A stretch of 12,243 nucleotides of DNA, taken from an archaeon. Lineage in GTDB: Archaea; Iainarchaeota; Iainarchaeia; Iainarchaeales; CSSED10-239. The stretch is from assembly GCA_035357435.1 (NCBI GenBank), contig DAOPNM010000015.1, forward strand, positions 1 through 12,243, written 5' to 3'. Made by a program: the position numbers and the translations under genes. The stretch's first letter is position 1; each line of letters starts with the position of its first letter. Positions 1-8,704 of this stretch are shown here, piece after piece. Below the pieces are notes generated by a model. It searched no databases. It was not told the DNA's origin and worked only from the letters and a program-made list of their open reading frames with translations.

Positions 1-488
1 AGTGGTGGTCGAGAGGTTTCAGGAAGAACTATTTTTTGTGTACCTCGTTTAACATAGACTTTGCCAAGTGTTTTAAAATTAATTGCGTCTATTGATGTAT
101 CTTTTGTTGCCTTAAGAAAGCGAAAATTATGTTTTTTAAGAAGTTCAATTTTTTTTACAACATTATTATTTTCATATGACTCTTCAAAGAGTATCCCATT
201 AATATGAACTGTTTTTCTAATTATAGGTTTTGTTTCAAATTCTTTTACTATCTTATTGCATTCATCAATTTCTTCAAGCTCTTTTGTTATTTCTTTACCT
301 TTTGTTTTATACTTTTCGGTTTCATCTGGAAATGAAGAGGTTAATTCTTGGGATACTTTTTTGGATGCTTCATCTTTGATTTTCAAAATTTTATTTAAAA
401 AGTCAATATCATCTTTATTCATTTGTTTTTTTTCAGGTTTAGATTCATTTTTTATTTTTTTATTTTTCTTAATAACCATTTTAATCAT
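1..488 (-). CDS. hypothetical protein, N-terminal part only (ORF runs off the left edge); Lys/Glu-rich N-terminus
   Basis: The minus-strand frame is open from ATG at 488 (in-frame alternatives at 479 and 422) down to position 3 with no stop, at least 162 codons (MIKMVIKKNKKIKNESKPEKKQMNKDDIDFLNKILK...GKVYVKRGTQKIVLPETSRPP). It is absent from the ORF track, presumably because it is edge-truncated. The listed + ORF 256..549 is its low-complexity antisense. It lies on the same strand as CDS 523..1743 and begins 34 nt downstream of it. No SD was seen and no family was recognised. Confidence 0.5.
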   Translation of the reverse strand, partial: MIKMVIKKNKKIKNESKPEKKQMNKDDIDFLNKILKIKDEASKKVSQELTSSFPDETEKYKTKGKEITKELEEIDECNKIVKEFETKPIIRKTVHINGILFEESYENNNVVKKIELLKKHNFRFLKATKDTSIDAINFKTLGKVYVKRGTQKIVLPETSRPP

Positions 489-522
489 TTTTGATTTTTT
501 CAGATTTGAAGTTTATTATTTT

Positions 523-1743
523 TTATGCAACTTTTTTTGCACCAGTTAATGGTTTATATGTTCTTGGAGATTCAAGGATTTTGTCAATATCTATACCTGC
601 TTTTTTATTTTGAGTTTTAAAATCTTCTGATGTTTTTTTCAATTTTTTAGATGTTGAAAGTGTTGTTTTTACAAGCAATTCTGTGCCTTTTTCACCCAAT
701 CCTTCTATTAGTCCTTTACTCATAGCTGTTGCCTGCTTCAATTCTTTCATGTCGCCTTCTTTTTCCATTGCTTTGATCAAGTCTGGAATTTGTTTCATTT
801 GCTCCATCATTTCAGGAGCGATTTTAGTTCCTTGTGCTTCCCCCATTTTCATTAATCTTTCCATATCATCAGGAGACATTTGTTTAAACATTTCCATAGC
901 CCCAATTGCTTGCTCTATTGTTTTTGGGATGTTTTTATATTGCTCCGCCATTTGTTTTTCATTTAAATTCTCACCTGGAAAAGCTATAGTATCCATAAAT
1001 TTAAACTGGTTTTGAGTAAGCAATAGTGTTTTATATTGAAATATTTCATCCATTTCTGACATTCCCTTTCTATAAATCCCATCTTTTGTTACTATTATTT
1101 CTTCTGGTGTTTGGGATTTTGCAATAAAAGATTTTTTAGTCAGCCTGTTTGTATATTCTACACTTCCTGTTGGGCTGCTATAAAGAATATTATCATAAAC
1201 ATCAAAAAATCCAGAGCCACTGGAAATGAATTTTATTGAAGCAATAGGTGTTATAATAGGTTCTTCAGAACGTGAATACGAAACAGAAAATAGTCCTTTT
1301 TTTAGTTCTATATTTTTTATTAGCCCACCATAACATCTTTTTCTTGTTTTTTTATCGGTTTTATCCCAGCTTTCAATTCCACTAACTTTTAGTTCACTGT
1401 TTGGGTATATGCAAATAATTTTTGATGCCCTATATTTATAATCTTCAACTGGATTTTCTTTTCCTTTATTATAGCCATTATTTAAGCCTATATATGTCTG
1501 TTTACCAGAAATTATAGTGTCGCCGTCTATTAGTTTTGGATATTCTTCTTTGAATTTTTTAAGTATATTTTTATCTTTTGTTTTATTAAATTTTTCAACT
1601 ACTTTTGCTTCGTCTTCCGTAGAAGGAATTTTTATTTTTTTTCCTTTTCTAAGTATAAATGCATTTTCTCCTATAGCTTTTAAATCTATTTTTCCACTTT
1701 CAATATTAATTATACTAATATCCATATAAATCCCATCCATCAA
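523..1743 (-). CDS. hypothetical protein: beta-rich-looking N-terminal two thirds plus a Met-rich helical C-terminal module; no signal peptide or TM segment seen
   Basis: A 406-aa ORF with normal, non-low-complexity composition. The + ORFs 683..1015 and 1517..1729 are Ser/Phe/Ile-rich antisense artefacts. Residues 265-341 (nt 721..951) contain 13 Met in 77 aa (MEMFKQMSPDDMERLMKMGEAQGTKIAPEMMEQMKQIPDLIKAMEKEGDMKELKQATAM). The start could also be the ATG at codon 2 or codon 7. No family was recognised by eye. Confidence 0.7.
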   Translation of the reverse strand: MMDGIYMDISIINIESGKIDLKAIGENAFILRKGKKIKIPSTEDEAKVVEKFNKTKDKNILKKFKEEYPKLIDGDTIISGKQTYIGLNNGYNKGKENPVEDYKYRASKIICIYPNSELKVSGIESWDKTDKKTRKRCYGGLIKNIELKKGLFSVSYSRSEEPIITPIASIKFISSGSGFFDVYDNILYSSPTGSVEYTNRLTKKSFIAKSQTPEEIIVTKDGIYRKGMSEMDEIFQYKTLLLTQNQFKFMDTIAFPGENLNEKQMAEQYKNIPKTIEQAIGAMEMFKQMSPDDMERLMKMGEAQGTKIAPEMMEQMKQIPDLIKAMEKEGDMKELKQATAMSKGLIEGLGEKGTELLVKTTLSTSKKLKKTSEDFKTQNKKAGIDIDKILESPRTYKPLTGAKKVA

Positions 1744-2013
1744 ACAATTTCTTGTTTTTAAATATCAATATATTTTATCTTTAAAAAAACAAATATATCT
1801 AAAACAAATCATTTTTAATAGTTTCTGTAGGATGGTTTAAAAAAATTTATCAAATTCATACATAGAAACACACAAAAGTTATTTTCAAAATGAAAATAAA
1901 GTAGTATATAATATGTTTAAAAAGATTAATGTTTAATATATATTTATACTTATATAAAAAAATTATATTTTTATAAAAAATATAAAAAACAAAAAAATTA
2001 TATGTGATAAAAA

Positions 2014-2181
2014 ATGGTTAGATATTGTGAAAAATGTGGCAAAATAATTGGTGAAACCTCTGGAATTTATTGTAAAAGTTGTGAACAAAAAATCTTGCAA
2101 AAAGAAAAAGAAAAAGAAGAAAGAGAAAAAAAATTAAAGGATGCAGATTTTTTTCAGAAACAAAGGTTATCCAATAAATAA
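2014..2181 (+). CDS. small zinc-ribbon protein (55 aa, CxxC-x11-CxxC) with a Lys/Glu-rich tail
   Basis: Hand translation gives MVRYCEKCGKIIGETSGIYCKSCEQKILQKEKEKEEREKKLKDADFFQKQRLSNK*. A GTGAT motif 6 nt upstream of the ATG is complementary to the AUCAC of the 16S 3' tail encoded in this window. It ends 38 nt before the DHH gene on the same strand. It falls below the apparent length cutoff of the ORF track (nothing under 60 aa is listed), and the listed minus ORF 2018..2203 (Phe/Leu-rich) is its antisense. Confidence 0.55.
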   Translation: MVRYCEKCGKIIGETSGIYCKSCEQKILQKEKEKEEREKKLKDADFFQKQRLSNK

Positions 2182-2219
2182 TGTTTTTTTGTTTTTGTTC
2201 CAATTAATTAAGAATATTT

Positions 2220-3149
2220 ATGAAACATCTAATTGTAACACATAGAGATGCAGATGGCATAACTTCTGCAATAAGTTATGCAATGTGTTTTCTTGAAAGG
2301 AATAATAAAGATATTTCTTTGTCATCTATATTAAATGTCTTTGATATTTTAGATATAAATTATGGTGAAGATATTTTTAAGGCATTAGATAAAAAACACT
2401 ATAATTTAGATAACTATGAATCATTTGTTCTTTTAGATTTTTCTTTAGATATAGAAATAATGAGATATTTAAGAAATAAATTTAAAGAAAAGTTTATTTG
2501 GATTGATCATCATAAATTAGCTTGTGAAAATATTGAGAAGGATATTAAGGATATTACTGGTGTAAGAAATCAAGATAAAGCTGCCTGTTTATTGGTTTAC
2601 GATTTTTTTGAAAAGGAAATACCAGAGTTTGCCAAATACATAAATGATATGGATTTATGGAATTGGGAATTAGAAAATTCAAAAGAACTTTTTTCTGGTT
2701 TAAAAAATTTAAAAGATTTTTTTTCTGAAGATTTGTTTGAGTATGTTTTTGAGTTACTTCATGATTCCATTTTTAAATTAAAAAAGCAAGACTTAATTTT
2801 TCGTGGTCAAATAATTTTAGATTATGAAAATGATTTTATAAAATATAATTGTAGATTAGGTGGTATTACAGAATGGCAAGGATACTCCACTTTTGTTATT
2901 AATGCAACAATTAATCCCGGAAAGATTTCAGATTATGTTTTTAATCGACCAGAATTTAATTCAATTGATGTTGTTTTTGTTTGGTATAAGACATATTTAA
3001 GTAATTTATATAAAATAAGTTTAAGATCAAGAAAAACAGGAAATGTAGACGTATCTTTGTTAGCCTCTAAATTCCCAGAAGGTGGGGGCCATAAGAACGC
3101 CGCTGGTTTTGTTGTTGATGACCTTTACAAAACTGGAATTGATTTTTGA
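2220..3149 (+). CDS. DHH/DHHA1-family phosphoesterase (NrnA-like size; oligoribonuclease/pAp-phosphatase or RecJ-like nuclease family)
   Basis: N-terminal motif I is VTHRDADGITSA. The DHH motif WIDHHK has DHH at nt 2505..2513. The DHHA1 motif is GGGHKNAAGF, with GGGH at nt 3081..3092. The 309-aa length is typical of stand-alone NrnA-like enzymes. Confidence 0.9.
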   Translation: MKHLIVTHRDADGITSAISYAMCFLERNNKDISLSSILNVFDILDINYGEDIFKALDKKHYNLDNYESFVLLDFSLDIEIMRYLRNKFKEKFIWIDHHKLACENIEKDIKDITGVRNQDKAACLLVYDFFEKEIPEFAKYINDMDLWNWELENSKELFSGLKNLKDFFSEDLFEYVFELLHDSIFKLKKQDLIFRGQIILDYENDFIKYNCRLGGITEWQGYSTFVINATINPGKISDYVFNRPEFNSIDVVFVWYKTYLSNLYKISLRSRKTGNVDVSLLASKFPEGGGHKNAAGFVVDDLYKTGIDF

Positions 3150-3226
3150 TATTTATTTAAAAAAACAAAAAGTTGTCCAACAATTTCTGGTTTTAAAAAA
3201 ATTAAAAAAAAGAAAAAGAGGAAATT

Positions 3227-4426
3227 TTAACAAGTTCCCCCTGATCCTGAATTTCCTGAAGTAGTATACCCAAATCCTGGTGCAGGTGTTACTGTGCTTA
3301 AGTTTGTATCACATTCACTTGGTGGTTCACTAAAGGCACTACATATTGTTTCCAATATTGATTGAGGATCTCTTTGTTGGTTTTCAAATGTTGTTCCATT
3401 AACTACAAATGTAGGCGATCCTTCAACATTATATAATTTATTATCTGCATCATATATTGGAAATAGTAGATAGCCTTGGGATGTTGTCTTATAATTTGTG
3501 ATTATATTGTAATCTTTATCTGCTTGTAAAACACAGTCTTGTATTTCTTTAGTATTAATTCCAAGCTTGTTCATACAATCTATTGATTGTCTATTTGTAT
3601 CCTTTTCTAAGAAACAAGAGAGATAAGGTATTAATTTTTCTGGATCTTTTTGGTTTATACAATATTGATTTAATTCTTCTGCAGATTCTTTTGTACCATG
3701 CATTGAATAATTTACAAATTTAAGTTGGAAATCAATTTTATCACCTAGTGTCTCTAAAACTGGTAAAATTCCCTTTTCAAATTGTGTACCATAAGGGCAA
3801 TAAGCCATTACAAATAATTCAACCTTTGGTTTATCTGTTTTTTCTAATTGTTGCTGTGCTGTTTGTTGTTGTTCTGCTGCTTGTGCCTGTTGTGCTTGTG
3901 CTTCTTCCATCATTTGTATTACTTCTGGCATATTAATAGTTCCAAATGAAGGTACTGATAATAATACCCCATCTAAAGATGCATATATATCCATTGCTTG
4001 GTTATCTATAGATACATTTATTTTGTATTGCCCACTTTCTACAACAATAGAATTCAATATTATATTTAGATCCATTTCTGGATTAAGCATAAATGTTTCC
4101 ATAAATGAAATTACTTCTTCTGCAACAACATTTGCATCTTTTATTTCTAAATTACCTAATAGATTATCTTGAGAGGTAACATTACAAGCTTCTGATTGTG
4201 TTTCAATATTACCATCACTGGTTGGTAATGTGTTGTTTGTGTTATTACCTGTTACTGCAAATATTAATGTAATAACAAATGCAACAAAAAACACGCCTGT
4301 AAGTATTTGCCAAATTTCTTTTTTACCACAACATTTTTCGTGTTTTTTTTCTTGAACTTTTTCAGGTTCTTTTGTTTTTTGTTCTGTTTCTTTTTCTTTT
4401 ATGTTATGATGTTTTTTTTTACTCAT
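3227..4426 (-). CDS. membrane-anchored extracytoplasmic thioredoxin-fold protein (DsbA/DsbC-like) with CPYG in place of CxxC
   Basis: Lys-rich N-terminus followed by one TM helix (IWQILTGVFFVAFVITLIFAV). A DsbC-N-like segment follows (ESGQYKINVSIDNQAMDIYASLDGVLL), then a Gln/Ala linker. The thioredoxin-fold core reads KVELFVMAYCPYGTQ ... VEGSPTFVVNG, the second part being a cis-Pro loop typical of the DsbA family. GGGTG lies 7 nt upstream of the ATG. The + ORFs 3082..3264 and 3748..3936 are artefacts. Confidence 0.75.
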   Translation of the reverse strand: MSKKKHHNIKEKETEQKTKEPEKVQEKKHEKCCGKKEIWQILTGVFFVAFVITLIFAVTGNNTNNTLPTSDGNIETQSEACNVTSQDNLLGNLEIKDANVVAEEVISFMETFMLNPEMDLNIILNSIVVESGQYKINVSIDNQAMDIYASLDGVLLSVPSFGTINMPEVIQMMEEAQAQQAQAAEQQQTAQQQLEKTDKPKVELFVMAYCPYGTQFEKGILPVLETLGDKIDFQLKFVNYSMHGTKESAEELNQYCINQKDPEKLIPYLSCFLEKDTNRQSIDCMNKLGINTKEIQDCVLQADKDYNIITNYKTTSQGYLLFPIYDADNKLYNVEGSPTFVVNGTTFENQQRDPQSILETICSAFSEPPSECDTNLSTVTPAPGFGYTTSGNSGSGGTC

Positions 4427-4592
4427 ATTTTTACACCCATTTTAATTTTACATGTATTAATTTATATTTTTTAATAAAATTAATTAATGTTAATTATGAT
4501 TAATTAGTTTTTAAAATAATTTTTAAAAATATATATATTATATTAAATAAAAATGTTTTTAAATGGAAGTTTTTTTAAATTTGTTTTTATGA

Positions 4593-5603
4593 TTAATGAA
4601 TAATATATTCATCATAATATAGTTCTATAAACAAAAATAAAAAGGATATTAATAATGGGCCCATTACAATTCCTATAATACCAAATGCAGGAATTCCTAT
4701 AAATATTCCAATTATAGATGTAAGTGGATGTATCTGCCCATATTTTTGTTGTAAATATGGCAAAAGAACCCAACATATTATGCTTGTAATTATTGTTAGA
4801 CCAATTAATACAAAAAAGAAAACTAAGTTAGATTGTAACAAATAATAAATTGCTAATATTATTAATACGGGTGCAACACCAATATAAGGTAAGAAAGAAA
4901 CAATAAAAGTAATTAATCCCCAAAATATAGCACCTTTAATTCCAAATATCCAAAAACCTATTGCAACTACAATACCTTGTATTAATGCAATTATTCCTGC
5001 AGTAATTATTGTTGCAAATGTTATTTTTTTAAATTCCCCAAATAGTTTTTGTGTGTTTCTTTCTGAGAATGGCAATATGTATTTGAATTTGTCAATTATT
5101 TTTTTGTGATTTAAAAATAAGAAGTATAGTAAGAACACTAAAATAATAAAACCTATTATAAAATTTATTATATTTTGGATGTTATTCAATAATAATGATC
5201 CAAACCAATCTGTTATTGTTGATGGTAATTTAGTTTCAAATGTTCCAACAAGATTTGTGTTGTATTTTGTATCTATTTTTTGTAATTGAGAAAACATAGT
5301 TTGTTTGTCTAGGTTCATTGTGCTTATTTGACCAATTCCTATGTTTATTATAAATATTGTAGGAATTAATATAACTACTATTGCAATAATTATAGTAATT
5401 ATTGAGGCGATTGATGGTTTTATGTGAAACTTATTACGTAGTTTTATATTTAATGGATTAAATATTACAAAAAGTATAAATGCCCCAAATATTCCATTTA
5501 TATAAGGATACAAATAATAAATAAAGAATGCAGCAAGTATTACTATAAATATAAGTGAAAGGATTTTTTTTAATTTTTTTTCTTTTGTGTTTTGTATAGC
5601 CAT
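4593..5603 (-). CDS. AI-2E family transporter (PerM/UPF0118-type permease)
   Basis: A 336-aa polytopic membrane protein with about 7-8 hydrophobic helices. It has a central soluble insert and a C-terminal part (LPYIGVAPVLI...GIPAFGIIGIVMGPLLISF) matching the conserved G-x-x-G-x-x-x-GP region of the family. The call was made by eye only. Confidence 0.75.
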   Translation of the reverse strand: MAIQNTKEKKLKKILSLIFIVILAAFFIYYLYPYINGIFGAFILFVIFNPLNIKLRNKFHIKPSIASIITIIIAIVVILIPTIFIINIGIGQISTMNLDKQTMFSQLQKIDTKYNTNLVGTFETKLPSTITDWFGSLLLNNIQNIINFIIGFIILVFLLYFLFLNHKKIIDKFKYILPFSERNTQKLFGEFKKITFATIITAGIIALIQGIVVAIGFWIFGIKGAIFWGLITFIVSFLPYIGVAPVLIILAIYYLLQSNLVFFFVLIGLTIITSIICWVLLPYLQQKYGQIHPLTSIIGIFIGIPAFGIIGIVMGPLLISFLFLFIELYYDEYIIH

Positions 5604-5743
5604 AAAAAATTTCTATTTGTTAATTACATTTTTGTGATAATAATAAATATTATATTAATTATTATTAAAAATAGTATGTTTTTTATAATTCCGTGGCCTG
5701 CAAATAGAAAGTGTTTATAAATAAAATAATAAATTCTTGTAAA

Positions 5744-5758
5744 ATGTGGATATGCACA
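5744..5758 (-). other. candidate 3' half of the pre-16S processing stem
   Basis: The RNA sense sequence UGUGCAUAUCCACAU lies 19-33 nt downstream of the mature 16S 3' end. It pairs with 7320..7334 through 13 Watson-Crick pairs, 1 G:U and 1 A:A mismatch. Confidence 0.45.
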
Positions 5759-5776
5759 AGATATTCTATATTTTAT

Positions 5777-7290
<1,514 letters not shown>

Positions 7291-7319
7291 GAATTTGCAC
7301 ACAAAAAAGTGTTACTATA

Positions 7320-7334
7320 TGTACATTTCCACAT
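7320..7334 (-). other. candidate 5' half of the pre-16S processing stem
   Basis: The RNA sense sequence AUGUGGAAAUGUACA lies 30-44 nt upstream of the mature 16S 5' end and is complementary to 5744..5758. Confidence 0.45.
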
Positions 7335-7657
7335 CAGACCCAAATAACTTGGGACCTCATTATTCATTTTACAAGAATAGACTGTATCAAACAAGACACG
7401 TCTTAATATATAATATAGAGATATCTTTAAAAAACAATATGTTTTTGTTTGTTTTTGCTTTTTTCGTAAACAATCTATATCAATACATTGCAAAAACAAA
7501 AATTCTATATTATAAAAACACAATTTTAAATCATCTAAATAATTAAACAATAATTATAATCAAAATTTTTTTAATAATATTTAATAATAAACCATATTAA
7601 TATACATATAATTAGTATAATTATAAAAATATTAATGATGAAAATAATGATGAAAAT

Positions 7658-8143
7658 ATGAATCAAGAAAAAGGCAGAATTGCAGAAACAGAATTCAAAA
7701 AATGGTTAGATACACAAAATATTCCTTATTGGTATATCCAACAAGACATAACTACTTTTTCACAAGCACTCAAAAAATACTTTGCAAAACGCCCAGACTA
7801 CATGATATTAATTCCAAACTTATCTTCAATATTTGTTGATGTAGAATATAAAAAAATCACAAAATTTGGAACATTTCCAATAGATGTACAAGAAACAAAA
7901 AAATATTCTGCACTTCAAAGATTTTTTAACATACAAGTGTGGTTTGCATTTTCAAATGAAACCTGTGCATATAATACCTGGTATTGGATACCTGTAACAA
8001 AAGTTTTAGAAATTGGTGAAACAAACGAAAACAAATATATTTCATCAAAATCAAAAATGGAATTTTTTTCTGTGCCTACAACTGAATTTACACAAATTGC
8101 AACAGATGATTCATTACACAGGTTATTTTCAAAACTAATTTAA
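7658..8143 (+). CDS. PD-(D/E)xK nuclease-fold protein, Hjc-like (possible Holliday junction resolvase or restriction-endonuclease-like protein)
   Basis: The 161-aa protein begins KGRIAETEFKKWLDTQNIPY, the Hjc-like KG..AE......L pattern. RPDYMILIP follows, with PD at nt 7793..7798. VDVEYK follows, with ExK at nt 7844..7852. A hydrophobic strand, VWFAFS, comes next. The spacing between motifs is somewhat longer than in canonical Hjc. A GATGA SD-like motif lies 4 nt upstream of the ATG. Confidence 0.55.
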   Translation: MNQEKGRIAETEFKKWLDTQNIPYWYIQQDITTFSQALKKYFAKRPDYMILIPNLSSIFVDVEYKKITKFGTFPIDVQETKKYSALQRFFNIQVWFAFSNETCAYNTWYWIPVTKVLEIGETNENKYISSKSKMEFFSVPTTEFTQIATDDSLHRLFSKLI

Positions 8144-8227
8144 TAATTCATTATTTTTTTCAAAATATATAATGCAAATAAATGCAAATAAAAAAAAATA
8201 ACAGTTAACTAAAATAATTTTTAATTT

Positions 8228-8241
8228 AAAAAAATTAAAAA
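8228..8241 (-). terminator. oligo-U tract immediately downstream of tRNA-Ala (archaeal-type terminator candidate)
   Basis: The RNA sense sequence just after the tRNA 3' end is CUAGUUUUUAAUUUUUUUAAAUU, with U5 and U7 runs. The AT-rich background makes this weak evidence. Confidence 0.3.
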
Positions 8242-8245
8242 CTAG

Positions 8246-8317
8246 TGGACCCTATGGGATTTGAACCCATGACCTCATACTTGCGAAGCATGCGCTCTAC
8301 CACTGAGCTAAGGGCCC
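8246..8317 (-). tRNA. tRNA-Ala (anticodon CGC)
   Basis: The sense sequence is GGGCCCTTAGCTCAGTGGTAGAGCGCATGCTTCGCAAGTATGAGGTCATGGGTTCAAATCCCATAGGGTCCA. It folds into a 7-bp acceptor stem with the G3:U70 alanine identity pair. The anticodon stem is CATGC/GTATG, the loop is TTCGCAA, and the T-loop is TTCAAAT. It is 72 nt long and CCA is not encoded. Confidence 0.95.
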
Positions 8318-8352
8318 AAATTGCCACAAGGAATAAAAATAAAAATTAAAAA

Positions 8353-8481
8353 TTATTTTGCTTTTTCTCTTAAATATTTTCTTTTTCTTTTTCTACGTCT
8401 CATTTTTTTCTTTTTCCATTTCCATCTTTCTCTAGCTTTTGTTTTTTTGTATCTACTTGAATCTTTTTTTCTTGTTCCCAT
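8353..8481 (-). CDS. rpl41e: 50S ribosomal protein L41e (eL41), 42 aa
   Basis: Hand translation gives MGTRKKDSSRYKKTKARERWKWKKKKMRRRKRKRKYLREKAK*. The RWKWKKKKMRRRKRKRK core matches the eL41 signature as I recall it (eukaryotic AKWRKKRMRRLKRKRRK; archaeal forms carry an RWKW..KKR.RRLKR core behind an N-terminal extension). GGAG lies 9 nt upstream of the ATG. It is too short for the ORF track, and the listed + ORF 8321..8575 is its antisense. Confidence 0.7.
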   Translation of the reverse strand: MGTRKKDSSRYKKTKARERWKWKKKKMRRRKRKRKYLREKAK

Positions 8482-8630
8482 TTTTTATTCTCCATTTTTT
8501 ATTTTCTTAAAAATTATTTTGAAATGTATTTTTAAACTTATAATTATAACATTAAATTTTAAAACAATAATATAATATTTAAACAAAATATTTATTAAAG
8601 GTTTTTTTTCTCAACCAAATAATTCACAAA

Positions 8631-8704
8631 TGCTCCGAACGGGATTCGAACCCGTGTCACTGGCTTGAAAGGCCAGTATGATTACCGAGCTACACTATCG
8701 GAGC
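8631..8704 (-). tRNA. tRNA-Glu (anticodon UUC)
   Basis: The sense sequence is GCTCCGATAGTGTAGCTCGGTAATCATACTGGCCTTTCAAGCCAGTGACACGGGTTCGAATCCCGTTCGGAGCA. The acceptor stem is GCTCCGA/TCGGAGC, the anticodon stem is CTGGC/GCCAG, the loop is CTTTCAA, and the T-loop is TTCGAAT. The overall pattern resembles archaeal tRNA-Glu. CCA is not encoded. Confidence 0.9.

Noticed and set aside
3272-3280. PGF tripeptide near the C-terminus of the DsbA-like protein, resembling a PGF-CTERM archaeosortase signal
   Set aside because: It is followed by a Gly/Ser/Thr tail (GYTTSGNSGSGGTC) instead of the required hydrophobic helix and basic cluster.
7634-7700. Two AUGAUGA motifs that look like C/C' boxes of a C/D box sRNA
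   Set aside because: No CUGA D or D' box follows within the next 60-70 nt, and no terminal stem is present. The motif is explained by the tandem 12-mer duplication at the nuclease start.
8171-8190. Perfect tandem 10-mer AATGCAAATA x2 between the nuclease gene and tRNA-Ala
   Set aside because: There are only two copies, in an AT-rich convergent intergenic spacer. This fits slippage and is too short to call a repeat element or CRISPR.
8400-8495. Alternative 31-aa frame (MENKKWEQEKKIQVDTKKQKLEKDGNGKRKK) overlapping rpl41e on the minus strand
   Set aside because: It has no recognisable family, whereas the overlapping frame gives a clear eL41 signature and has an appropriately spaced GGAG.
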